The notes below the pieces were generated by a model, which saw nothing but the letters and a program-made list of their open reading frames with translations, ran no database searches and was not told the DNA's origin. A stretch of DNA of 19,740 nucleotides from Vulcanimicrobiota bacterium. GTDB lineage: Bacteria > Vulcanimicrobiota > Vulcanimicrobiia > Vulcanimicrobiales > Vulcanimicrobiaceae. This document shows, piece after piece, positions 1 through 8,003 of the stretch (positions are counted from its first letter, which is position 1; the number at the start of each line of letters is the position of its first letter). Where the stretch lies: NCBI GenBank assembly GCA_003135555.1, contig PLCF01000089.1, forward strand, positions 1 to 19,740, read 5' to 3'. The position numbers were made by a program, and so were the translations under genes.

Positions 1-129
1 GTTCATAATTCTCAGTTATCGGTCGCGGCCAGCGTGCTTGGCCAGTACCGTGCTCGATGCACCCGTCATGCCTGCTAGATTTAGACTATGGCCGCTCGGC
101 TACCTGGGGGCCGCTTTAGGTCAGCCCGC

Positions 130-864
130 TCAGACGTGAAGGTACCGCCGCCTCAGGTCTTCGTCGGTGCGGACTTGGTCGGGGGTGCCTTCGAACTTGA
201 TCTCGCCTTGGTCGATGATGTAGCACCGGTCGGCGACCGCCAGCGCGGAGTACAAATTCTGCTCGACCAAGAGCGTCGTGATCCCGGACGCCTTGATCTC
301 GCGGATCACGTTCTCGACCTCGCGCACGATCAGCGGCGCGAGTCCTTCGGTGGGCTCGTCGAGCAGCAGCACTTTCACGTCCTGCACCAGCGCGCGCGCG
401 ATGGCGAGCATTTGCTTCTCACCGCCGCTGATCTCGTCGCCCTTGTGGGTGAGCCGTTCGCGCAGTCGCGGAAACTTCTCGTAGACGTGGTCGAGCGTCC
501 AACCCGGCTTGCGCGCGGTCACCTGCGCGATCTTGAGATTCTCGGCCACGGTGAGGTTGGTGAAGATCCGGCGCTCTTCGGGGACCAGCGAGACGCCCTT
601 GCGGGCGATCGACATCATGTCGCGGCCGACCAGCTCCTCGCCGTCGAGGGTTACGCTGCCGGTGCGCGGCTTTAGCCAGCCGACGATGCTCTTGAGCGTG
701 GTCGTCTTGCCGACCCCGTTGCGGCCCAGCAGCGCGACCGTCTCGCCGGCGCCGATGTGCAGCGAGACGTCGCGTAGCACGTGGCTGTCGCCGTAGTAGG
801 TGTTGATCGCGTCGACCCGCAGGCGCGTCTGCGTCGCGGCCGGCGTTACGGCAGGTGTGCTCAT
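130..864 (-). CDS. livF: Branched-chain amino acid-type ABC transporter ATP-binding protein (LivF-like)
   Basis: Walker A GRNGVGKTT, 'VPEERRIF', signature ISGGEKQMLAIARAL, Walker B LLLDEP, 'LLVEQN'. ATG overlaps the upstream stop (ATGA, 861-864). Confidence 0.92.
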   Translation of the reverse strand: MSTPAVTPAATQTRLRVDAINTYYGDSHVLRDVSLHIGAGETVALLGRNGVGKTTTLKSIVGWLKPRTGSVTLDGEELVGRDMMSIARKGVSLVPEERRIFTNLTVAENLKIAQVTARKPGWTLDHVYEKFPRLRERLTHKGDEISGGEKQMLAIARALVQDVKVLLLDEPTEGLAPLIVREVENVIREIKASGITTLLVEQNLYSALAVADRCYIIDQGEIKFEGTPDQVRTDEDLRRRYLHV

Positions 865-1631
865 CCCGTCGTGAGCTCCGCTTCGGAATGGCCGCCCAAA
901 TACGCTTCTTGCACGCGCGGGTTGTCGCGGATCTCGGCCGGCGTCCCGGTCGCCAGGACCGTCCCCTGGTGCAGCACCGTGATCGAGTCGGAGATTCCCA
1001 TCACCATCTCCATGTCGTGCTCGATGACCAGCACCGTCATCTCAGTGGAGAGCTTGCGGATGAGCGCTTCGGTTTTCCGTGCTTCGTCCTTCGACATCCC
1101 GGCGACCGGCTCGTCGAGCAGCAGGATCTGCGGCTGCGTCGCGAGGGCGATCGCGATGTCGAGACGTTTCTTGTCGCCGTGCGAGAGATCGCCGGCGCGG
1201 ACGTCGGCGACCTCGAGCAGCTCGAGCCGCCCCATCGCGCGCTCGGCGAGCGCGTCGACGTCGTCCAGCCGGGTCGAGCGGCGGAAGACCTGTAAGGCGA
1301 AGCGCCCCTGCACCCGCGCGAGCGCAGCGAGCCGGCAGTTCTGCCGCACCGTCTGATCCGTATAGAGGCTCGCGGTTTGGAACGCCTTCGCGATCCCGAG
1401 GTGGACGCGTGAGGTGCCGCTCATGCGGCTCACGTCCCGACCCTTGTAGTTGAACGTGCCCGACGTCGGCGCGATCGTTCCGGCCAAGACGTTGAAGAAC
1501 GTGGTCTTGCCGGCGCCGTTCGGCCCGATCACCGCCCGCAACTCGCCCGGGTTGACGCGGAAATCGATGTCGCGGATGGCCGCGAAGCGGCCGAACAGCT
1601 TGCCCAGCTTGAACGTCTCGATGATGCTCAT
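861..1631 (-). CDS. livG: LivG-type ABC ATPase (C-terminal part of the fused ORF; has its own in-frame ATG)
   Basis: MSIIETFKLGKLFG..., Walker A GPNGAGKTT, LSHGDKKRLDIAIAL, LLLDEPVAGM, IEHDM, C-terminal VQEAYLG. ATG at 1631 lies in an ATGA context. Confidence 0.65.
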   Translation of the reverse strand: MSIIETFKLGKLFGRFAAIRDIDFRVNPGELRAVIGPNGAGKTTFFNVLAGTIAPTSGTFNYKGRDVSRMSGTSRVHLGIAKAFQTASLYTDQTVRQNCRLAALARVQGRFALQVFRRSTRLDDVDALAERAMGRLELLEVADVRAGDLSHGDKKRLDIAIALATQPQILLLDEPVAGMSKDEARKTEALIRKLSTEMTVLVIEHDMEMVMGISDSITVLHQGTVLATGTPAEIRDNPRVQEAYLGGHSEAELTTG

Positions 1632-2771
1632 CGGTCCGCCGCGCTGACCCTCGGCGGCGGGCTTGAGCAGCGGGTCCGGCTCCTCGGTCGGCAGCCGCAA
1701 CGAGCGGACGAACAGTCCGCGAGGGTTCTTCCCGCGCTGCTGCCGCAGAACCGTCGACAGACCGCGCGGCAAAAAGACGATGACGCCGACGAAGATCAAT
1801 CCTTCGATCAGGCGCCAGGCGGGCGTTCGCGCCGAGAGGACGTTCTCGAGAAACATGATGACGGCGGTGCCGGCGACCGGCCCGAACAGCGTTTGGACGC
1901 CGCCGATCACCGTGTAGATCACGAACGAGCCGCTGCGATCGATACTGAGCGAGTCGACCGGAACGCTGCCGTCGAAGAGGCCGCGTAGAGCGCCGGCGAA
2001 TCCCGTCAGCGCGCCGGAGATGGCGAATGCCGCCAGCCGGTATGCGGGCGCGTTGAAGCCGATCAGCGTGCTGCGCTGCTCGTTCTCGCGAATGGCACCC
2101 AGCACTTCACCGAACTGCGAACGCGTGAGCACCCGCGCCAGCATGAGCACGAGGAGCAGGCAGATCCCCGCGAAGATGTACCAGTACCGCAACTCGCCCA
2201 GATCGCCGAAGGGGCCGAGGTTGACCTTGGGCAGATGGGTCGTGAGGTCGAGGCTCCACGGGCCGAGCGGGAGGAGCGCGTTCGGCAACGCCTGCAGCCC
2301 GTCGTCGCCGTTGGTCCAGTCCTTCGCCTGCTCGACGATGAAGTAGACCATCTGCGCGAACGCCAGCGTGAGCAGCGCGAAGTAGATACCGTACAGGCGC
2401 ACGGTGACGGCGCCGACGAGCACCGCCAGCAGCGCGGTTCCAACCGTCGCGCCGATGACGCACAGCCACAGATTTGGGTGCTGCGGCGAGACGCGCAGCA
2501 GCAGGATCGCGGCGATATACCCGCCGCCGCCGTAGAACATCGCGTGGCCGTACGATAGCGACCCCGCGTATCCGAGCAACAGGTTGAACCCGATCGACGC
2601 GATGCTGACGATGGCGATCTGGGTCGCGAGCGTCGAATATCCGCCCAGCGGATGGAGGAGGAACGGGAAGAGCGCGATGCCGAGCGCGCACAGTACGGCG
2701 AACCGAACGTCTGCCGCGAGCAGGCCGGGTCGCGCGTCGGGAGCCGGAGCGGTCTCGCTCGCCGTGCTCAC
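861..2771 (-). CDS. livM: LivM-type permease read in frame into a LivG-type ATPase (apparent fusion ORF)
   Basis: GTG at 2771 overlaps the livH stop (GTGA). Permease motifs GFNLLLGYAGSLSYGHAMFYG, GIYFALLTLAFAQM and GGVQTLFGP are followed without a stop by an ABC ATPase. The ORF-track start at 3176 lies inside livH and is rejected. Confidence 0.8.
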   Translation of the reverse strand: MSTASETAPAPDARPGLLAADVRFAVLCALGIALFPFLLHPLGGYSTLATQIAIVSIASIGFNLLLGYAGSLSYGHAMFYGGGGYIAAILLLRVSPQHPNLWLCVIGATVGTALLAVLVGAVTVRLYGIYFALLTLAFAQMVYFIVEQAKDWTNGDDGLQALPNALLPLGPWSLDLTTHLPKVNLGPFGDLGELRYWYIFAGICLLLVLMLARVLTRSQFGEVLGAIRENEQRSTLIGFNAPAYRLAAFAISGALTGFAGALRGLFDGSVPVDSLSIDRSGSFVIYTVIGGVQTLFGPVAGTAVIMFLENVLSARTPAWRLIEGLIFVGVIVFLPRGLSTVLRQQRGKNPRGLFVRSLRLPTEEPDPLLKPAAEGQRGGPMSIIETFKLGKLFGRFAAIRDIDFRVNPGELRAVIGPNGAGKTTFFNVLAGTIAPTSGTFNYKGRDVSRMSGTSRVHLGIAKAFQTASLYTDQTVRQNCRLAALARVQGRFALQVFRRSTRLDDVDALAERAMGRLELLEVADVRAGDLSHGDKKRLDIAIALATQPQILLLDEPVAGMSKDEARKTEALIRKLSTEMTVLVIEHDMEMVMGISDSITVLHQGTVLATGTPAEIRDNPRVQEAYLGGHSEAELTTG

Positions 2772-3637
2772 TGGCGGATGACCTCGCTCTCGCCGAGCAG
2801 CCCCTGCGGACGGAGTAGCAGCACCAGCGCCATCGCTAAGTAGATGACGACGTTCGACGCGGGCGCGTACGCAAGGTTGGTGAGGCTCTGGAGCTCGCCG
2901 ATCAGCAACCCGCCCAGCACCGCACCCCAGAAGCTGCCAAGACCGCCGACCACCACGACCACGAACGAAGGGACGAGGAACGCGAAGCCGGTCGCCGGAT
3001 CGATGCTGTAGATCGGCGTCGCGGCCGCCCCGACGAGCCCGGCGATCGCCGCGCCCAGCGCGAACACGATCGTCGAGGCCTGACGGATGTTGCCGCCCAG
3101 CAGCTGCACCATGATCCGATCGCGGATGCCGGCACGCACGATCAAGCCGTAGGTCGTGCGCTCGATGAAGAGCCATACCAGCGCGAGCATGACGATCACG
3201 CCCGCCGCGAACAGCAAGCGGTACGCCGGATACGTGATTGGGCCGAACGTGACCGATCCCGACAAGGCGTCGGGCATCTTGTACTGCTGCGTGGTCGCAC
3301 CGAACATCAGGCGCAGCGTTTCTTCGACCACGAGTGCGATGCCGAACGTGACGAGCAGCTGCGCCGTCGGCTCCTTGTCGTAGAACATCCGCAACACGAC
3401 GCGATCGAGCAGGATCGCGAAGAGTGCGACGGCGATCGGCGCCGCCACGAACGCCCAGCCCACGCCGATGTGCTGGGCGATCACCAGACCGACGTACGCG
3501 CCGATAGCGTAGAACGCGCCGTGCGCGAAGTTCACCAGGCGCAGCGTCCCGAAAATGATCGTCAGCCCGACGGCGATCGCGACGTAGATGAGACCGAGGA
3601 TGAGGCCGCCGAGCAATGCTTCGAAGAACGCTTCCAC
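2768..3637 (-). CDS. livH: Branched-chain amino acid-type ABC transporter permease (LivH-like)
   Basis: GLTIIFGTLRLVNFAHGAFY, VVVGGLGSFWGA, LLLRPQGLLG; hydrophobic throughout; GAGGAG RBS before the GTG. Confidence 0.92.
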   Translation of the reverse strand: MEAFFEALLGGLILGLIYVAIAVGLTIIFGTLRLVNFAHGAFYAIGAYVGLVIAQHIGVGWAFVAAPIAVALFAILLDRVVLRMFYDKEPTAQLLVTFGIALVVEETLRLMFGATTQQYKMPDALSGSVTFGPITYPAYRLLFAAGVIVMLALVWLFIERTTYGLIVRAGIRDRIMVQLLGGNIRQASTIVFALGAAIAGLVGAAATPIYSIDPATGFAFLVPSFVVVVVGGLGSFWGAVLGGLLIGELQSLTNLAYAPASNVVIYLAMALVLLLRPQGLLGESEVIRQ

Positions 3638-3665
3638 GGTTACTCCTCGAACGCGAGATATGGAA

Positions 3666-3696
3666 ACGGGCCAGGCGCCCGAAGGCGCCGGCCCGT
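3666..3696 (-). terminator. GC-rich stem-loop between SBP gene and livH (mRNA stabiliser or partial terminator)
   Basis: Minus strand ACGGGCC-GGCGCC-TTCG-GGCGCC-T-GGCCCGT: 13-bp stem, C(UUCG)G tetraloop, only a short T run after it. Confidence 0.6.
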
Positions 3697-3719
3697 GTCG
3701 GGTATGACCGGGTTTCTGC

Positions 3720-4967
3720 TTATGCCGGCTCCATCTTGCAAGCGAGGCTTGAGAGCGGAGCGACGACCGACGGTCCAGCGTGCACTTCGAGCACCTTGGC
3801 GTAACCGAATCCGCCCGGCCCGCGTTGGCTCTCCGGGATCCCCTCGACCACTAGGCACGAGTTCACGCCCTGGTGGTCCTCCTTGCGGTACCACTCCTCT
3901 TCCTTGGTGAACTGGAACTTCGTCCCTTCGAGGACCGCGATCACCTTCGCGGCATCGGTCGAGCCCGCTTTCTCGACGGCCATCTTGTAGATGTAGATGT
4001 CAGCGTACGCGACCTCCGCGCCGTTGGACGGGGGGAAGCCGTAGCGCTTCTGGAAGGCGTCGACGAACTTCTTGGCGCCGGGATACTTCTCGGCGTGATA
4101 CTTCCAGTAGAACGGCGCCGTCGAGACGACGTTGTCGAAGTTGTCCTTCGTGCCTTTGGCCATGTACTCGTCGACCAGTGGTACGAGGATCTTCGTCGAC
4201 TTGGTCAAGCCGAACTGGGCCGCCTGGTTGAGGCAGAGCACCATGTCCGCGCCGAACTCGGTGAGCACGAGCACATCCGGCTTCGCCGCTTGCGCCTGCT
4301 GAAGCATCGGCGAGAAGTCCTTCGTGCCCGGGAACGGCGTCAGCACGTTCTTGATCGTCTTCGCGCCCTTGGGCTCGACGACCGCGGTGATGTTGTCGTA
4401 GACCGAGTGGCCCCACGCGTAGTCGGCGGTGATGTGGAACCACTTGCCGGTGCCGTATTTCGTCACCAGCGTCTTCGCCAGCGCCTGCGCGCTCATGTAC
4501 GCGTCGTTGTAGCGCCGGAACGTGTGCTTGTGGCAGTTCTGGTTCGTGGTCTCGTCGCCGTGCGTGAGCGTCGCCATGAAGATGACGCCCTTCTGTTGGC
4601 ACAGCCCCGACACCGCGACCGCGGTCCCCGTCGAGGATCCGCCGGTGATCATGATCGCGCCGTCGCGTTCGATCATGCGCTGGGCGTTTTCCGTCGCCAC
4701 GCCGGGCTTGGTTTGATCGTCGCCCTCACTGGACTTGATCTTCATGCCCATGATGCCGCCCTTGGCATTGATCTCCTCGATCGCCAAGTGGTAGGCGCGC
4801 AACTGATCCTGGCCTTGTTCCGCGTAGGGTCCGGACTGCGGGACGTCGAGCCCGATCGTGAGCTCTTTCGTCGGCGCAGCGATGACGTACGGCCCTCCGC
4901 CGAAGGTGAGCGCGGCCGCGCCTGCAGTACCGGCGACGAAGCGGCCACGCGAAAGAGAAGACTTCAC
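3720..4967 (-). CDS. ABC transporter substrate-binding protein, LivK/Peripla_BP_6-like
   Basis: GGGAG RBS then GTG at 4967; Tat-like leader SRGRFVAGTAGAAA; IGLDVPQSGPYAEQG, AIEEINAKGGIMG, DYAWG; first gene of the liv-type operon. Confidence 0.88.
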   Translation of the reverse strand: MKSSLSRGRFVAGTAGAAALTFGGGPYVIAAPTKELTIGLDVPQSGPYAEQGQDQLRAYHLAIEEINAKGGIMGMKIKSSEGDDQTKPGVATENAQRMIERDGAIMITGGSSTGTAVAVSGLCQQKGVIFMATLTHGDETTNQNCHKHTFRRYNDAYMSAQALAKTLVTKYGTGKWFHITADYAWGHSVYDNITAVVEPKGAKTIKNVLTPFPGTKDFSPMLQQAQAAKPDVLVLTEFGADMVLCLNQAAQFGLTKSTKILVPLVDEYMAKGTKDNFDNVVSTAPFYWKYHAEKYPGAKKFVDAFQKRYGFPPSNGAEVAYADIYIYKMAVEKAGSTDAAKVIAVLEGTKFQFTKEEEWYRKEDHQGVNSCLVVEGIPESQRGPGGFGYAKVLEVHAGPSVVAPLSSLACKMEPA

Positions 4968-5051
4968 AGGCAAGACTCCCTGGGGGAAAGCGGCAGAGTT
5001 TTGGACGGTGCGACTTAGGTCCGTCCCGGGCAAGTTCCCTCCGGTTGCCAG

Positions 5052-5069
5052 GAGTTTGTATGCAAACTC
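5052..5069. promoter_or_regulatory. 18-bp near-perfect palindrome, candidate operator (GntR-like core TTGTATGCAA)
   Basis: GAGTTTGTA|TGCAAACTC, one mismatch, abutting a TTGACA -35 box. Confidence 0.55.
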
Positions 5070-5098
5070 TTGACACCAGTCCGCCGCCGCAGTACGGT
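5070..5098 (+). promoter_or_regulatory. Sigma70-type promoter for the iclR-dehydrogenase operon
   Basis: TTGACA (5070-5075), 17-bp spacer, TACGGT (5093-5098). Confidence 0.65.
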
Positions 5099-5111
5099 CG
5101 CGGAGCCGATG

Positions 5112-5146
5112 TTCGATCATATCGAATTGCGTTTCAAATACTGAAA
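5112..5146. promoter_or_regulatory. Two tandem 15-bp palindromes, candidate IclR operators
   Basis: TTCGAT-cat-ATCGAA (5112-5126) and TTTCA-aatac-TGAAA (5132-5146), centres 20 bp apart, directly before and overlapping the IclR ATG. Confidence 0.55.
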
Positions 5147-5925
5147 TGGCGGAGCTGCTCGGAACCGTCCGACGGGCCTTGCGGGTGCTCGATTACCTCG
5201 CCGAGAGCGAGGAGCCGGTGGCGATCAAGCGGCTCGCGACGGAGCTCGGGATCAACATCTCGAGCGCGTACCACGTGCTGAACACGCTGGCCGCCGACGG
5301 CTACGTCAGCCGCGACGAGCGCACCGGAGCGTTCGGGCTGGGGGTCAAGACGGCGCGGCTGGGTGATGCGTACGCGCGGTCGTGGCCGGTCGAACCCGAG
5401 CTGCACGCGATCGTCACCGAGCTGGGAACGCGCACCGGCGAGAACGCTTACCTCGCCCTGGTCCACGGCAAGGACGTCGTGATCACCGACATCGTCGAGT
5501 CGCGCCAGCGGGTGCGCGTCCACGCGCTGCACCGCGGCTATTCGGCCGATCTCCACGCCCGGGCGCTGGGGAAGGCCGTGCTGGCCCACATCGGCGCCGC
5601 CGCCGTGCGCGAGCACTTCGCGGCCCACCCGCCGCGCCGTCTCACCCCGCGCACCTCGACCAGCCTGGGGGCGATCGAAGCCGAGCTCGAGCGGGCTCGC
5701 CGGCGCGGCTACAGCGAGGATCTCGAAGAGTTTTGTGAAGGCGTCTGCTGCCTCGCGGCGCCCTTCTTCGGCGGCGACCGCGCCGCGGCGGGCTCGCTCT
5801 CGATCTCCGTCCCGTCGTTTCGCTATCGCGCGGTGCGGACGGCGGTCCGCGACGCGGTGCTCGACGCCGCCCGCGCCGCGACCGTCGCGCTCGACAGCGC
5901 GCGCCTGCGAGTCTCGCTTGGCTAA
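5146..5925 (+). CDS. IclR-family transcriptional regulator
   Basis: N-terminal HTH 'TVRRALRVLDYL...SSAYHVLNTLAADGYV'; effector domain motifs HARALGKAVLA, RRRGYSEDLEE, GVCCLAAP, SLSISVP. Confidence 0.93.
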   Translation: MAELLGTVRRALRVLDYLAESEEPVAIKRLATELGINISSAYHVLNTLAADGYVSRDERTGAFGLGVKTARLGDAYARSWPVEPELHAIVTELGTRTGENAYLALVHGKDVVITDIVESRQRVRVHALHRGYSADLHARALGKAVLAHIGAAAVREHFAAHPPRRLTPRTSTSLGAIEAELERARRRGYSEDLEEFCEGVCCLAAPFFGGDRAAAGSLSISVPSFRYRAVRTAVRDAVLDAARAATVALDSARLRVSLG

Positions 5926-7009
5926 CACGCTCTCGGCCCCGGTCGAGGGATCGCGCCGCGAACTCGGGATCGCGATGCTGCGCACGATGACCCGCATCCG
6001 CGTGCTCGAGGAAGGGATCGAGAAGCACTTCCTCGCCGGCGACATCCCGGGCTTTGCGCACCTGTCGATCGGTCAGGAGGCCGTCGCCGCCGGAACCTGC
6101 ACCAACCTGCGCACCGGCGACGCGATCGCGTCGACGCATCGCGGTCACGGGCACACGCTCGCCAAGGGAACCTCGATGCGCGCGATGGTCGCGGAGTTGT
6201 TCGCGCGCGCGACGGGCGTCTGCAAGGGCAAGGGCGGGTCGATGCACATCGCCGACTTCTCGGTCGGGATGCTCGGGGCCAACGGCGTCGTCGCGGGCGG
6301 TTTCGGGCTCGTCGCCGGCGCGGCGCTCAGCGCGGTGCAGCGCAAGACCGATCAGGTCGCGGTGTGCTTTTTCGGCGACGGCGCGACGAACCGCGGGCCG
6401 TTCCACGAGAACCTCAACCTCTGCGCGATCTGGAACTTGCCGGCGATCTTCGTGTTGGAGAACAACCGCTACGCCTCGACCACCTCGACCGCCGAGACGA
6501 TGAAGATCGTCGACGTCGCGCGGCGGGCGGACGGCTACGGGATGGCGTCGGTGATCGTCGACGGGTTCGACGCGTTCGCCGTGTACGATGCAGTCGGCGT
6601 GGCGGTGCAGCGCGCGCGTTCGGGCGGCGGGCCGACCTTCGTTGAGTGCAAGACCTTCCGCGCGCGGGGCCACTACATCGGCGATCCGGAACGCTATCGT
6701 GCCAAGACCGAGGTCGAAGACGTGATGAACGCCTCCGACCCCATCGTGCGGATGCAGGCGCTGCTCGGCGATGCCCTTGCGGCCGCGGCGTTCGAAGCGC
6801 TGTGGAACGAGGCGCGGGCCGAGTTCGCCGACGCGGTCGCGTTCGCGCGCAGCTCGCCGCCGCCCGAACGCACGGAAGCGTTTTTCGGCGCGTACAGCGG
6901 CGACCGCGATCCCGGCGATCCGGTGCACGCCCTCGAAAGCCGCGAGCGCGACCGGTTCATGCCGTTCGCCCCCGACGTCGGCCCCGGTTCGCAAGGCTCC
7001 GGGCACTAA
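5918..7009 (+). CDS. acoA: TPP-dependent dehydrogenase E1 alpha subunit (acetoin/pyruvate dehydrogenase-like)
   Basis: GFAHLSIGQEA, STHRGHGH, GKGGSMH, TPP motif GDGA...ENN, RGHYIGD. Start is probably TTG 5918 overlapping the iclR stop; alternative ATG 5975. Confidence 0.85.
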   Translation: MANTLSAPVEGSRRELGIAMLRTMTRIRVLEEGIEKHFLAGDIPGFAHLSIGQEAVAAGTCTNLRTGDAIASTHRGHGHTLAKGTSMRAMVAELFARATGVCKGKGGSMHIADFSVGMLGANGVVAGGFGLVAGAALSAVQRKTDQVAVCFFGDGATNRGPFHENLNLCAIWNLPAIFVLENNRYASTTSTAETMKIVDVARRADGYGMASVIVDGFDAFAVYDAVGVAVQRARSGGGPTFVECKTFRARGHYIGDPERYRAKTEVEDVMNASDPIVRMQALLGDALAAAAFEALWNEARAEFADAVAFARSSPPPERTEAFFGAYSGDRDPGDPVHALESRERDRFMPFAPDVGPGSQGSGH

Positions 7010-7012
7010 GCC

Positions 7013-7999
7013 ATGCGCACGATATCTTTTACCGAGGCGACGCTCGAGGCGATGCAAGAAGAGATGCGGCGCGACGCGACCGTGTTCTTGATGGGCGAGG
7101 ATATTGCCAAACAGGGCGGGATCTTCGGTCAGTTCAAAGGCTTGCCGCAAGAGTTCGGACTCGAGCGCGTGCGTGACACGCCGATCTCCGAAGCCGCCCT
7201 GGTTGGAGCGGGGGTCGGCGCGGCGTTGACCGGTTGCCGCCCGGTCGTCGACATGCACTTCGCAGATTTCATCACGTGCGCGATGGACGAGCTGGTGAAC
7301 CAGGCGGCGAAGCTGCGCTACATGTTCGGCGAGCAATGCATCGTACCCATGACGCTGCGCGCTCCCGACGGGATCACCAAGTCGGCCGGCTCGCAGCACT
7401 CGCAGGCGCTCGAGAGCTGGTTCGTTCACACCCCCGGGCTCGAGGTCGTCGTCCCGGCCGATGCCGAGGATGCCAAAGGATTGCTCAAGGCGGCGATCCG
7501 CAGCGACAACCCGACCCTGTACTTCGAGCACAAGTCGCTCTTCCCGCAGAAGGGCCCCGTCCCCGACGACGACGACTTCGTCGTGCCGCTGGGCAAAGCC
7601 AAGACCATGCGCGACGGCCGCGATGTCGCCATCGTTACCTACGGCATCACGGTGGGCCGCGCGATCGAGGCGGCGAAGGTGCTCGAAGCCGACGGCATCG
7701 ATGCGACGGTGATCAACCTGCGCAGCCTGTGGCCGCTCGACTACGACGCCATCGCGGACGCCGTCGCGCGGACCCATCGGGTCGTCGTCGCGCACGAGGC
7801 GGTTCGCGTCGGCGGGGTCGGCGCGGAGATCGCGTCGTTCATCGGCGAGCACTGCTTCGACGATCTCGATGCGCCGGTGCTGCGGCTCGGCGCGGCGCAC
7901 GTTCCGGTCCCGTTCGCGCCGGGGCTGCAGGAGGCGATGTATCCCAAGGCGCCGATGATCGCCGACGCCGCGCGCCGCCTGGTCCGGCGGGAAGCCTAA
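7013..7999 (+). CDS. acoB: TPP-dependent dehydrogenase E1 beta subunit
   Basis: MGEDI, RVRDTPISE, QHSQALE, YFEHKSL, DLDAPVLRLG. Confidence 0.88.
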   Translation: MRTISFTEATLEAMQEEMRRDATVFLMGEDIAKQGGIFGQFKGLPQEFGLERVRDTPISEAALVGAGVGAALTGCRPVVDMHFADFITCAMDELVNQAAKLRYMFGEQCIVPMTLRAPDGITKSAGSQHSQALESWFVHTPGLEVVVPADAEDAKGLLKAAIRSDNPTLYFEHKSLFPQKGPVPDDDDFVVPLGKAKTMRDGRDVAIVTYGITVGRAIEAAKVLEADGIDATVINLRSLWPLDYDAIADAVARTHRVVVAHEAVRVGGVGAEIASFIGEHCFDDLDAPVLRLGAAHVPVPFAPGLQEAMYPKAPMIADAARRLVRREA

Positions 8000-8003
8000 C
8001 GCC

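Noticed and set aside
1..90. AT-richer patch (TAGATTTAGACTA), a 17-codon minus-strand ORF and a possible ATG at position 6
   Set aside because: At the window edge; insufficient context to call a promoter, operator or gene.
2772..3176. N-terminal extension of the 771-aa ORF
   Set aside because: Overlaps livH in another frame; GTG 2771 with a GTGA overlap is the credible start.
4968..5120. N-terminal extension of the SBP ORF
   Set aside because: Runs through the promoter/operator region; the RBS and signal peptide support GTG 4967.
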